Notes: generated from the sequence alone by a model not told the origin. Shown: positions 16,779 through 25,799, counted from the stretch's first letter. The stretch is 56,709 nucleotides of DNA from an uncultured Lachnospiraceae bacterium (GCA_964491975.1 CAZBHM010000001.1:1-56709); one strand, 5' to 3'. Program-made: numbers and translations.

Positions 16779-17690
16779 ATGACATTAGCGCAGTTAAAAT
16801 ATGTAATTACAGTTGCAAAAGAAAAATCGATGAATGAAGCCGCCAAGACACTTTTTATATCACAGCCAAGCTTGTCTGCCGCAATAAAAGAAATAGAAGA
16901 GGAAATAGGAATTACCATTTTTAAGCGGAGCAACAAGGGAGTGCTTGTTACTTTGGAGGGTGAGGAATTTGTCGGTTATGCAAGACAGGTGGTAGAGCAG
17001 TATTCGTTACTTGAAACCAAATATATAGAAAAGGTAAATGTAAAAGAAAAGTTTGGTGTTTCAACGCAGCATTACACATTTGCGGTGAAGGCATTTGTGG
17101 AAATGGTAAAACAGTTTGGAATGGAAGAATATGAGTTTGCCATAAGGGAGACAAAGACATATGAAGTCATAGAGGATGTGAAGAATTTTAAAAGTGAGAT
17201 AGGCATACTGTATCTTAATAATTTTAATTCTAAAATTCTTGGCAAAATTTTTCAGGATAACGGACTGGAATTTAATCCGATACTGGATTGTCATATTTAC
17301 GTTTATATATGGAAGGGACATCCGCTGGCAGCCAAAGAAGAAATTTCACTTGAGGAACTGGAAGACTACCCATGCCTGGCCTTTGAACAGGGAAATAATA
17401 ATTCTTTTTATTTTGCAGAGGAAGTATTAAGTACTTATCACTATAAGCAGTTAATAAGGGCTAATGACAGGGCAACACTTCTCAATCTCATGGTTGGACT
17501 TAATGGTTATACTTTGTGTTCCGGAATAATTTGTGAGGAGCTTAATGGTTCTGATTATTGTGCAGTCAAATTAAAGTCAGATGAGACAATGACAATTGGT
17601 TACCTTTCGCGCAAAGGTATGACAATAAGCATTCTGGGGCAGAAGTATATAGCAGAGCTTAAAAAATACAAGGATAAGGCTTTGGAATAA
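16779..17690 (+). CDS. LysR family transcriptional regulator
   Basis: 303 aa. N-terminal HTH LAQLKYVITVAKEKSMNEAAKTLFISQPSLSAAIKEIEEEIG followed by a periplasmic-binding-like effector domain. Confidence 0.9.
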   Translation: MTLAQLKYVITVAKEKSMNEAAKTLFISQPSLSAAIKEIEEEIGITIFKRSNKGVLVTLEGEEFVGYARQVVEQYSLLETKYIEKVNVKEKFGVSTQHYTFAVKAFVEMVKQFGMEEYEFAIRETKTYEVIEDVKNFKSEIGILYLNNFNSKILGKIFQDNGLEFNPILDCHIYVYIWKGHPLAAKEEISLEELEDYPCLAFEQGNNNSFYFAEEVLSTYHYKQLIRANDRATLLNLMVGLNGYTLCSGIICEELNGSDYCAVKLKSDETMTIGYLSRKGMTISILGQKYIAELKKYKDKALE

Positions 17691-17718
17691 AAGAAGTGAC
17701 AAAAGAAGTGCCTGTAAA

Positions 17719-17733
17719 ATACAAAAAATGTAT
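17719..17733 (+). promoter_or_regulatory. LysR-type box ATAC-N7-GTAT abutting the -35 of the downstream promoter
   Basis: ATACAAAAAATGTAT has 5-bp perfect arms ATACA/TGTAT and satisfies T-N11-A. It ends on the first T of TTGCTT (-35) and lies directly downstream of the LysR gene. Confidence 0.45.
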
Positions 17734-17761
17734 TGCTTAAAATAAAGCTTCAATATATAAT
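17733..17761 (+). promoter_or_regulatory. Candidate sigma-A promoter of the isomerase-like gene (TTGCTT-N17-TATAAT)
   Basis: TTGCTT 17733-17738, 17-nt spacer, TATAAT 17756-17761, about 40 nt upstream of the ATG at 17801, which has an AGGAGG RBS. Confidence 0.5.
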
Positions 17762-17800
17762 ATTCTTATCTTTAGTTATTTAAGAATTAGGAGGAATTTT

Positions 17801-19219
17801 ATGTTAGTTAATACAAAGGCGAAAATAGGTGTATTTTCAATTGCGTTGGGCGCTTATTTACCACAGTTCCCATCACTTGTACCTGAATTTGAGTCACAGT
17901 ATGAGGCATTTAAGAAAACACTGCCTGATACGGTTGAGATTATTGACGGTGGAATGGTTACGACAAAGGAGCAGTCACAGGCAGCAGGTGATTTATTCCG
18001 TGCGGCTGATGTTGACCTTGTAATAATGCAGCTTCTTACATATGCAACATCTTACAATATGCTTCCGGCAGTTAAGGATTTGGATGTGCCGGTAGTTCTT
18101 GTTAATCTTCAGAAGTTAAAGGCACTTGATTATGACCATACAGACATTGCTTCATGGCTTGGTGAGGGTTATGCCTGCGGCGCTGTAGGCGAAATGGTAG
18201 CCGACCTTGAGAGATATGGTAAGAGACATGCCGTAATTACAGGTGTTGTAGAGGGTGGTGACCCTGGTGTAGAGAAGGAAATTGCCCAGTGGTGTAAGGC
18301 TGCGCAGGTAAGAAGAAGATTCCGTGATACTAACATTGCACAGATTGGAAGACCATATCCGGGTATGATGGATCTTTATATTGATGAGTCTAATTTATAT
18401 AGAAGAATGCACCTTTATACCAAGCAGTTTGACTGGGAGAAGATGTGGGCAATAGCTGATGACATAACAGATGAAGAGGCTATTCGCGTTAAGGCGCAGG
18501 ATATTCTTGATACATTTGATATTGAAGGCGGCGGAAGCATTGAAGAAGTATGGGAGATGGCTAAGTACGTTGTAGCTTTTGAGAAATGGGTTAAGGATGA
18601 GAAGCTCGGCCTTATCGCATCTCATTATGACGGATTTGCAACAGGTAAGGCAGGTATCCTTGACAGTATGCTTATTCCGGCATTTTCAATGCTTATTAAG
18701 CAGGGTACGGCATGTGCGGTAGAAGGTGACATGAAGGTTGCCATGGCCATGAGTATTCTTAAGACTATTTCAGGAACCGGACAGCTTGCAGAGATGTATT
18801 CAATTGATTTTAATGATGATATTGCCATTATCGGGCACAGTGGTTCGGGCGATGCAGATATTTCAGATAAGAAGCCTACAATGAAGATTGTTAAGGTGTT
18901 CCACGGTAAGACAGGCGGTGGTTATCTCACACAGTTCTATCCATATACAGGTCCTGTTACATATCTTGCGATTACACAGGATGGAGACGGACACTTTAAA
19001 TTCATCGTGGCAGAGGGTGTTAATGAGGAAGGAAAGATTCTTTCATTTGGTGATACCAACATGAGAACACGCTTTACATGCGGTGCAAGAGAATTTGTTA
19101 ACCGTTGGAGTGAGTGTGGTCCTACACATCATTTTGCGGCAGCTACCGGAAGACATATTGATACAATTCTTAAGGTTGCAAAGATTTTCAATGTGCCGGT
19201 TGAGATTGTAACAAGATAA
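17801..19219 (+). CDS. L-arabinose/L-fucose isomerase family protein (substrate unknown)
   Basis: 472 aa. The overall pattern resembles AraA-type isomerases, with the central EGDMKVAMAM...AEMYSIDF block and a C-terminal GPTHHFAAATGRH block. There is no sugar kinase or transporter nearby. Confidence 0.6.
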   Translation: MLVNTKAKIGVFSIALGAYLPQFPSLVPEFESQYEAFKKTLPDTVEIIDGGMVTTKEQSQAAGDLFRAADVDLVIMQLLTYATSYNMLPAVKDLDVPVVLVNLQKLKALDYDHTDIASWLGEGYACGAVGEMVADLERYGKRHAVITGVVEGGDPGVEKEIAQWCKAAQVRRRFRDTNIAQIGRPYPGMMDLYIDESNLYRRMHLYTKQFDWEKMWAIADDITDEEAIRVKAQDILDTFDIEGGGSIEEVWEMAKYVVAFEKWVKDEKLGLIASHYDGFATGKAGILDSMLIPAFSMLIKQGTACAVEGDMKVAMAMSILKTISGTGQLAEMYSIDFNDDIAIIGHSGSGDADISDKKPTMKIVKVFHGKTGGGYLTQFYPYTGPVTYLAITQDGDGHFKFIVAEGVNEEGKILSFGDTNMRTRFTCGAREFVNRWSECGPTHHFAAATGRHIDTILKVAKIFNVPVEIVTR

Positions 19220-19224
19220 CTAAT

Positions 19225-19280
19225 AAAAGTCGTCAAAGACGGTACATACTCTATGTATGCCGATACTTTGGCGACTTTTT
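19225..19280. terminator. Bidirectional terminator between the isomerase-like gene and the flavoprotein gene
   Basis: Stem 19229-19238 pairs with 19266-19275 (10 bp, one G-U). It is flanked by AAAA (19225-19228) and TTTTT (19276-19280), giving a U-tract on both strands. Confidence 0.7.
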
Positions 19281-19292
19281 AAAATCGTATAA

Positions 19293-19922
19293 CTATCTTA
19301 TGAAGTTGGTTCTAACCTTTGGTTCAGCTTCAGGAAGATTAATTCCCGAGGCCTTGCCTGCTTCGATTGATTTAAGCAACCAGGCCATGTTACGTGCGAG
19401 TGTGCGCATGGTTGACATGCCTTCAAGATCCTGTCTGACTTCTTCAGGACGGTTGCCGTGAACCATATTCCAGTACTGCGCCGAAACAACGGGCATGTTG
19501 CTTATTGTAAAATACTTGTTAAGCTGGTCAAGCGTAGCAGATGAGCCTGCGCGGCGGCAGCTTACAACAGCTGCACCGGGCTTATATGCAAATGCAGCCT
19601 TGCCGGCATAAAATACTCTGTCAAGAAGTGCAGTGACAAGACCTGAAGCTGAGGCAAAGTGAACCGGTGAACCGATAATAAAGCCATCAGCCTGCCATGC
19701 TTTCTCAATAATCTCATTAACAGGACCATTATTGAGAGCACATCTGCCGCTTTTGGTCTTGGCGCATACACCACAGCCTATACAACCGCTTATGGGTTCA
19801 GCACCGATATGTATAATCTCAGTTTCAATCTGCTCCTTTTCTAAAGTGTCTGCAATCTCGCAAAGCGCAGTATAAGTACAGCCTTCCTTATGAGGGCTTC
19901 CGTTAATCAATAATACTTTCAT
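19293..19922 (-). CDS. Iron-sulfur flavoprotein (Isf-like), NADPH-dependent FMN reductase/flavodoxin family
   Basis: 209 aa. MKVLLINGSPHKEG is the flavodoxin-like FMN-binding start. The compact Cys motif CIGCGVCAKTKSGRC (Cx2Cx2Cx7C) is as in Isf proteins. Confidence 0.8.
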   Translation of the reverse strand: MKVLLINGSPHKEGCTYTALCEIADTLEKEQIETEIIHIGAEPISGCIGCGVCAKTKSGRCALNNGPVNEIIEKAWQADGFIIGSPVHFASASGLVTALLDRVFYAGKAAFAYKPGAAVVSCRRAGSSATLDQLNKYFTISNMPVVSAQYWNMVHGNRPEEVRQDLEGMSTMRTLARNMAWLLKSIEAGKASGINLPEAEPKVRTNFIR

Positions 19923-19953
19923 ATATAACCTTCTTTAAAGTGTATTTAAATAA

Positions 19954-20559
19954 TTATTCAACGCTGCTTACAGAAGCATCCTCTGTGCTGCCGTTTTTGT
20001 AATCATCAAATTTCTTCATAACAGCATCGTAGGTCTGTGATGAAATTGAAGGAAGCTCCTTGCCCCATGATTTGGTAGCCTGATTATAGCCCTTCTTAAA
20101 AGCTTCAAGCATATCATCCATCTTGTCAGGGTCTCCGCCTGATAAAGCTTTTGCAAAATCAAATATACGTTCAGAAGTCTGCTCTACACCCCAGTAGCCA
20201 TCTTCGGCAATATCTTTCTGTGCCTGGGCAATGGTAGCGGCATCAGCTTTAAATTCGCCATTGGCAAATTTGCGCCATATAGAATCAGCTATATCAGCAG
20301 TACCAATCTGCTTGGAAATAAGCTTCTCTACTAACTGGCGGAACTGTGCAGTCTTTTCATCAGCGTCAGCCTTCATTTTAGCAATAGTTGCGGTATCCTG
20401 TGTATAAGTTTTAGTATTGACCTTTTGGCCTGAAGCTTCGTATACGGCAGCAACATCACCTGAGGCGTTCTTATCATTCACTACGTTCTTTGCTGTATCC
20501 ATTGCAGCGTAAGCTGCTTTATCTGATACAGAATTGCTCATAATTCCGTTTATGCTCAT
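19954..20559 (-). CDS. Hypothetical acidic soluble protein (201 aa)
   Basis: Good RBS (GGAGGA). No TM segment or signal peptide. Ala/Lys/Asp-rich and helical-looking, with the motif GYWGVEQTSERIFDFAKAL. Probably co-transcribed with the flavoprotein gene 31 nt downstream. Confidence 0.6.
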   Translation of the reverse strand: MSINGIMSNSVSDKAAYAAMDTAKNVVNDKNASGDVAAVYEASGQKVNTKTYTQDTATIAKMKADADEKTAQFRQLVEKLISKQIGTADIADSIWRKFANGEFKADAATIAQAQKDIAEDGYWGVEQTSERIFDFAKALSGGDPDKMDDMLEAFKKGYNQATKSWGKELPSISSQTYDAVMKKFDDYKNGSTEDASVSSVE

Positions 20560-20649
20560 AATAAATCCTCCCTGATATAATTATTTTAAGTTTCTACGGT
20601 ATTTATCGGCACAGAAGCTTAAAATATTTAGGGCAAAAAATAAATTTTC

Positions 20650-20678
20650 TTGATAATGTGGGAAGTTTTAGATATAAT
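20650..20678 (+). promoter_or_regulatory. Candidate sigma-A promoter of the ispE operon (TTGATA-N17-TATAAT)
   Basis: TTGATA 20650-20655, 17-nt spacer, TATAAT 20673-20678, 30 nt upstream of the ispE ATG. Confidence 0.5.
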
Positions 20679-20708
20679 CTGCTTAGAGGGTTTTAGAAAG
20701 GAGCGTTT

Positions 20709-21578
20709 ATGAGAACAATCAGGTTAAAAGCATATGCCAAGGTCAATCTTGGACTGGATGTCTTAAGAAAGCGTGAGGACGGTTATCATGAGGTTAAGAT
20801 GGTAATGCAGTCAATTGACATATTTGACAGGATAGAGATGAAGAAAATAAGAAAGCCGGAGATTATTGTGAATACGAATCTTAAGTTCCTTCCAACTAAT
20901 CAGGATAATCTGGTGTATAAGGCTGCCAGGCTTATGTTTGATGAATATAAGCTTCCGGATGGAATATTTATAAATCTTAAAAAGTACATACCGGTTGCGG
21001 CCGGCATGGCTGGAGGAAGTACGGATGCGGCTGCGGTTCTTTATGGTATTAACAGAATGTATGAGCTTAATCTGCCGATTTCAAGGCTTATGGAGCTTGG
21101 TGTAAAAATCGGTGCGGATGTGCCGTTCTGTCTTATGCGGGGAACGGTGCTTGCGGAGGGCATCGGTGAAAAGCTTACCAAGCTTTCGCCTGCGCCTTCT
21201 TGTCATGTGGTCATTGCAAAGCCGCCGTATGGTGTTTCTACGAAGTGGGTATACACAACACTTAAGGCGGATGAGATTAAGGAACATCCGGACATAGACA
21301 GACTGATAGCTGCCATTAACGAAAATAATCTAAGGAAAATGGCTTATCTTATGGGAAATGTTCTTGAAACAGTTACCGAGAAGGAGTACACGGGAATAGC
21401 TGATATTAAGAACATAATGATGGAAGAGGGAGCTCTTAATGCGCTTATGAGCGGCAGCGGTCCTACAGTTTTCGGTTTGTTTGAGGAGAAAGATAATGCA
21501 GAAAGGGCCATTAAGAAAATATATGATGCAGAGCTTGCAAGGCAGGTGTATCTTACAAAATTAAGGGGGGATTTGTGA
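20709..21578 (+). CDS. ispE: 4-(cytidine 5'-diphospho)-2-C-methyl-D-erythritol kinase
   Basis: 289 aa. GHMP-kinase motif PVAAGMAGGSTDAAAVL. The N-terminal KAYAKVNLGLDVLRKREDGYHE is typical of IspE. Confidence 0.93.
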   Translation: MRTIRLKAYAKVNLGLDVLRKREDGYHEVKMVMQSIDIFDRIEMKKIRKPEIIVNTNLKFLPTNQDNLVYKAARLMFDEYKLPDGIFINLKKYIPVAAGMAGGSTDAAAVLYGINRMYELNLPISRLMELGVKIGADVPFCLMRGTVLAEGIGEKLTKLSPAPSCHVVIAKPPYGVSTKWVYTTLKADEIKEHPDIDRLIAAINENNLRKMAYLMGNVLETVTEKEYTGIADIKNIMMEEGALNALMSGSGPTVFGLFEEKDNAERAIKKIYDAELARQVYLTKLRGDL

Positions 21579-22252
21579 TGAAGAGGATATTATGTTTTGG
21601 AGACTCGAATACATGGGGACATGACCCTGAGAACGGAGCAAAGAGAGTTCCGGATGAGGCCAGATGGCCGATGGAGCTTGAGAGGCTTTTGGGAGAGAAT
21701 TACAGGGTTATAGAGGAAGGGCTTTGCGGAAGATGGACTGGAAGCAAGGATGTAGCGGACAGTGACATGGAAGATTTACCATGGAACGGATATCAGTATT
21801 TTCTTGGATGTATGAGGTCTCATAAGCCGCTTGAGCTTGTAATCATAATGCTTGGAACCAATGATTTACAGAAAGTGAGGGCACTAAAGCCTTGCTATAC
21901 CGGAATGATGCTTAAGCTTTATGTTAAGGCGGTAAAAGAAATATGTGAGCTTAGCGGTGACAGAATCCCGGAGATTCTTCTCATATCGCCTATAGCAATT
22001 GATAAAGCAATAGTTGAAAATGAAACATTTAACGAGATTTTCGGTGCAGAGTCGCTTCCGAAGTCAGAAAAGCTTACAGGAATTATTGAGAATACGGCAA
22101 AGGAATGTGGTGTACATTTCCTTAAGGGTGAAGATTTTGCAAAGGCTTCGAAGCTTGACGGTTTACATATGAATGCGGACAGCCATAAGCTTTTTGCCAA
22201 AGCAGTATATAAAAAAATAAAGGATATTTATAAGGAGGATGGGCATGAATAA
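21575..22252 (+). CDS. SGNH/GDSL family hydrolase (esterase)
   Basis: 225 aa. Block I CFGDSNTWG, block III LGTNDL, block V DGLHM (DxxH). The start ATG overlaps the ispE stop (ATGA). Confidence 0.85.
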   Translation: MMKRILCFGDSNTWGHDPENGAKRVPDEARWPMELERLLGENYRVIEEGLCGRWTGSKDVADSDMEDLPWNGYQYFLGCMRSHKPLELVIIMLGTNDLQKVRALKPCYTGMMLKLYVKAVKEICELSGDRIPEILLISPIAIDKAIVENETFNEIFGAESLPKSEKLTGIIENTAKECGVHFLKGEDFAKASKLDGLHMNADSHKLFAKAVYKKIKDIYKEDGHE

Positions 22253-23891
22253 AGAGCTTAGAACTTATTTGCTTAAGAAGATTGATATAACTAATGCGGG
22301 ATTTGGATGCAGGATGTGGCTCGGTGATCTTGACGGAGACGGAAGAATGGAGTTTGTAATGGTACAGCCTGACACAGGCTTTGATGACAGATATTTTCCG
22401 CATTCAGTACAGTGTGCCACTGCATTTAATCTTGAAGGAGAAATACTCTGGCAGATAGGAGAGCCCGATATTAATGTCAAGGGAAGCGGTTCGGATATAC
22501 CGGCGCAGATTTATGATATTGATAATGATGGCAATAATGAATTTATATGCGTAATGAAGGATGAACTTTGTATTTTTGACGGAAAGACAGGCATACTTAA
22601 ACAAAAGCATGATATTCCTGATGAGAATGCCCATGACTGTATTATAATTGCAGACCTTGAGGGAAAGGGATATCCGCAGAATATTATTTTAAAGGACAGA
22701 TATAAAAAAATCTGGGCACTTGATACTGATTATAAAGTGATGTGGACCTTTGAGGGTAATGTAGGACATTATCCGTGGCCTTATGACCTTAATGGTGACG
22801 GTGTGGATGAGCTTGTAGCAGGTTATACGGTTCTTAACGGTAAAGGTGAGACACTCTGGACGATTGATATGGCTGACCATGCAGACTGTATCTGGGTAGG
22901 TGACCTTGACCAGAATCCGGATACAGGTGTGGCAGTGCTTGTGGGCGGTCAGGATACCACGGCATACAGTTCTGATGGCAGGCTTATCTGGAGATATACG
23001 GATACGGTGGAATCACAGAATATAGCACTTGGCAATTTCAGACCGGACAATCCGGGTACGGAGATGGGCGGACTTGACCGTATCAGAAGAACAAGAGAGA
23101 ATGGACTTGACGGTATGTTTCTTGTTAATTATAAGGGAGAGACACTTTATAAGGAAAACCGTACTGTTCCGGGCTGGAGCTCGATTGTAACCACCATTCA
23201 TAATTTTGATGCTAAAGGCTCAGACCATCTGCTTGCATATAGAAGAGGCGGGCTTATGGCAGCCATTTATGACGGATACATGAATCCTGTTTTCAAATTT
23301 CCGTTTGACGGACATATTATGTGGACTGACCTTATGGGTGACGGACAGAGTCAGGCACTTATTTATTCGGATACAGAGGTTCATATTTATTCGGCAAGTG
23401 AAACCGACCTTACAAGACCGGCAGTGCCATATACACGACCACAGCCAAAGAGACTTTATAACTGGACCAGATACTGGGGCAGTGAGATGGATCCTAAGCA
23501 GTATGCGGTTAATTATATTACCGGTGATTTTACTAATACCGATGTATTTAAGTGGGCAGGCGGAGAGCTTAAAAATGGTGATGATAAGCTTACGCGTGCA
23601 GACTTTGTGGTGCTTCTTGTAAATGCTTTCAATCTTCGTGCATATGAGCGCAATAATTTTAATGACGTTAAAAGAACGGATTATTACTATGATGCGGCAG
23701 GTATTGCAAAAAAGCTTGGCATCGTGCCGGCAGATGACAGCAATATGTTAAGGCCGAAGGACATTATCACCTTTGCTGAAGCGGCAGATATGGTTAAAAA
23801 GCTTAGTACTGGTGTAAGTGGTGTCAGTGCAAGTGACGAGCAGATGACTAAAAAGGATGCAGCCAGACTGCTGCTTGCCATGAAGCAGTAA
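22245..23891 (+). CDS. FG-GAP-like beta-propeller repeat protein with a C-terminal SLH-like segment; no signal peptide
   Basis: Repeated Ca-binding-type loops GDLDGDGRMEF, YDIDNDGNNEF, YDLNGDGVDEL and VGDLDQNPD. The C-terminal ~100 aa (from nt 23586) carry SLH-like units (FNDVKRTDYYYDAAGIAKKLGIVPADDSNMLRPKDIITFAEAADMV). The ATG at 22245 is 6 nt after GGAGG; the ORF-track ATG at 22239 abuts the RBS. The start overlaps the SGNH stop by 8 nt. Confidence 0.7.
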   Translation: MNKELRTYLLKKIDITNAGFGCRMWLGDLDGDGRMEFVMVQPDTGFDDRYFPHSVQCATAFNLEGEILWQIGEPDINVKGSGSDIPAQIYDIDNDGNNEFICVMKDELCIFDGKTGILKQKHDIPDENAHDCIIIADLEGKGYPQNIILKDRYKKIWALDTDYKVMWTFEGNVGHYPWPYDLNGDGVDELVAGYTVLNGKGETLWTIDMADHADCIWVGDLDQNPDTGVAVLVGGQDTTAYSSDGRLIWRYTDTVESQNIALGNFRPDNPGTEMGGLDRIRRTRENGLDGMFLVNYKGETLYKENRTVPGWSSIVTTIHNFDAKGSDHLLAYRRGGLMAAIYDGYMNPVFKFPFDGHIMWTDLMGDGQSQALIYSDTEVHIYSASETDLTRPAVPYTRPQPKRLYNWTRYWGSEMDPKQYAVNYITGDFTNTDVFKWAGGELKNGDDKLTRADFVVLLVNAFNLRAYERNNFNDVKRTDYYYDAAGIAKKLGIVPADDSNMLRPKDIITFAEAADMVKKLSTGVSGVSASDEQMTKKDAARLLLAMKQ

Positions 23892-23899
23892 TGAGTGTC

Positions 23900-24538
23900 C
23901 TATTTTATCAGCTCATTTAAAAATGTTAAAAATTTGAATCTGAATTTTACGTTTTTTCCGAAAATGGCATTATATTCAGTTTCATCAAGCAGAACTTTAA
24001 ATTCATTTTTAGATACTTCGGGCACTACTCCGTAGGAGGCATCCACGAAGCAGAGCTGCGGATAAAGTACGCACCACCAGTTGGTGCCCTGCCCTTCGCC
24101 AAGTACGATGCGGTAAGCGGTATATTCACCGGCAGGAAGTGTAAGGTCACCATAGGTTTTTATGGGAAAATAGCAAGAGTTGCATATAGCGGCAGAGACT
24201 TTAAGGTCACTGCCGTTTTCTTTTAGGCTGGCAGCAGCAACGGCAATAATTTCGGGGGTAAGCTCTTCAAGCTTTTCAAGAGTTTCAGCTTTTGAAGAAA
24301 CACCGGAAAGCTCGGTGGTTAATAATTCTATGACAGAGTTTTTAACAATAAGCTTAAGTGCCTGTTCATATTCAGTATCGCCCGCACTTATTACATGAAA
24401 GCGTACAATATTGTCAGCAATATTTTTCTGAATGCTGCAGGCAGAGGCTGATGTGATGTGCCGGCAGTATATTAAAGCTGCCATAAGAGCCGGCAGGGGC
24501 AGAAATATACGGATAATTTTTATAATATAATTTTTCAT
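23900..24538 (-). CDS. spoIIR: Stage II sporulation protein R
   Basis: 212 aa. N-terminal signal/anchor, RFHVISAGDTEYEQALKL, and the SpoIIR hallmark NWWCVLYPQLCF. Confidence 0.85.
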   Translation of the reverse strand: MKNYIIKIIRIFLPLPALMAALIYCRHITSASACSIQKNIADNIVRFHVISAGDTEYEQALKLIVKNSVIELLTTELSGVSSKAETLEKLEELTPEIIAVAAASLKENGSDLKVSAAICNSCYFPIKTYGDLTLPAGEYTAYRIVLGEGQGTNWWCVLYPQLCFVDASYGVVPEVSKNEFKVLLDETEYNAIFGKNVKFRFKFLTFLNELIK

Positions 24539-24596
24539 GTCATACTCCTTTTACGAATGTTCTTGCCTGGGCTTTTGGTTAATAACTGATTATCAG

Positions 24597-24626
24597 AAGT
24601 ATGAACAGGAAAATTTAGGTTTATAC
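24597..24626 (-). promoter_or_regulatory. Weak sigma-F-like promoter candidate upstream of spoIIR
   Basis: On the minus strand, GTATA (24626-24622), a 15-nt spacer and GTTCATACTT (24606-24597) compare with the B. subtilis sigma-F consensus GYATA-N15-GGnnAnAHTR, with two mismatches in the -10. spoIIR is sigma-F dependent in Bacillus. Confidence 0.25.
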
Positions 24627-24637
24627 AAAGAAAAGTA

Positions 24638-24666
24638 TTGAATTATATTTGAAATGACTGTAAAAT
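24638..24666 (+). promoter_or_regulatory. Candidate sigma-A promoter of ddl-murI (TTGAAT-N17-TAAAAT)
   Basis: TTGAAT 24638-24643, 17-nt spacer, TAAAAT 24661-24666. Confidence 0.45.
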
Positions 24667-24729
24667 GATATAAGTATCTGTTAGTGTGCATATATTGAAA
24701 TACAGACAAATTAAGGGTAAGGTGATATT

Positions 24730-25788
24730 ATGAAAAAAACAATAGCAGTATTATTTGGCGGACAATCTTCAGAGCACGATGTCTCCTGTATGTCGGTGCA
24801 GAATGTGGTTGCAAATATAGATAAAAGTATTTATGAGATAATCCTTATAGGAATAACAAAGGATGGAAGGTGGCTGCTTGCAGATTCAGTTGAGGCGATA
24901 GCAAATGGCCAGTGGAAGGATAGTAAGACTAAGGTTGTATTTTCGCCGGATGCGGCTGATAAGTGCATATGGCTTATAAGAGGCGAGAATGCACAGAGTA
25001 TTGATATAGATGTGGCATTTCCGGTGCTTCATGGACTTTATGGTGAGGACGGAACTGTGCAGGGCATTATGGAGCTGGCAAAGATTCCGTATGTGGGCTG
25101 CGGTGTACTTTCATCGGCACTGACCATGGATAAATTATACACTAAGCTGCTGGTTGATACACTGGGTATTCGTCAGGCAAGATATGTGGCGGTAAGTAAA
25201 GCTGAGCTTAGTGACATGGACCAGGTGGTTGCACGTGTTGAAGAAAAGCTTGATTATCCTGTATTTGTAAAGCCGTGTAATGCCGGGTCTTCACAGGGGG
25301 TTTCTAAGGCAGATGATAAAGCTTCGCTAGAAGCTTCGCTTTTACTGGCGGCAGAGCATGACCGTAAGATTCTTGTTGAAGAAACCATAGTTGGGCGTGA
25401 GCTTGAGTGTGCGGTGCTTGGCGGCGAGGAGTGCAAGGCATCAGGTATTGGTGAGGTGCTCGCAGCGGCAGAGTTTTATGACTATGAGGCCAAATATCAT
25501 AATGCTGAGTCACGCACGGTAATTTCGCCGAAGCTTCCTTTGGGTAAGGAAGAGGAAATAAGAGAGGATGCACTTAAGATTTTTAAAAAGCTTGACTGTT
25601 ATGGACTTTCAAGAGTTGACTTTTTCCTTGAAAAGGATACTAATGAGGTCGTATTTAATGAGATTAACACAATTCCCGGATTTACGGCAATAAGCATGTA
25701 TCCGATGCTTTGGGAGGCAAAGGGCATTAGTAAGGCTTTGCTTGTGGAGAAGCTTATACAGAGTGCAATGTCCCGTTTTAACAGATAG
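24730..25788 (+). CDS. ddl: D-alanine--D-alanine ligase
   Basis: 352 aa ATP-grasp enzyme. Motifs FGGQSSEHDVS, HGLYGEDGTVQG and EINTIPGFT. Confidence 0.93.
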   Translation: MKKTIAVLFGGQSSEHDVSCMSVQNVVANIDKSIYEIILIGITKDGRWLLADSVEAIANGQWKDSKTKVVFSPDAADKCIWLIRGENAQSIDIDVAFPVLHGLYGEDGTVQGIMELAKIPYVGCGVLSSALTMDKLYTKLLVDTLGIRQARYVAVSKAELSDMDQVVARVEEKLDYPVFVKPCNAGSSQGVSKADDKASLEASLLLAAEHDRKILVEETIVGRELECAVLGGEECKASGIGEVLAAAEFYDYEAKYHNAESRTVISPKLPLGKEEEIREDALKIFKKLDCYGLSRVDFFLEKDTNEVVFNEINTIPGFTAISMYPMLWEAKGISKALLVEKLIQSAMSRFNR

Positions 25789-25799
25789 GAGTAGGGATT

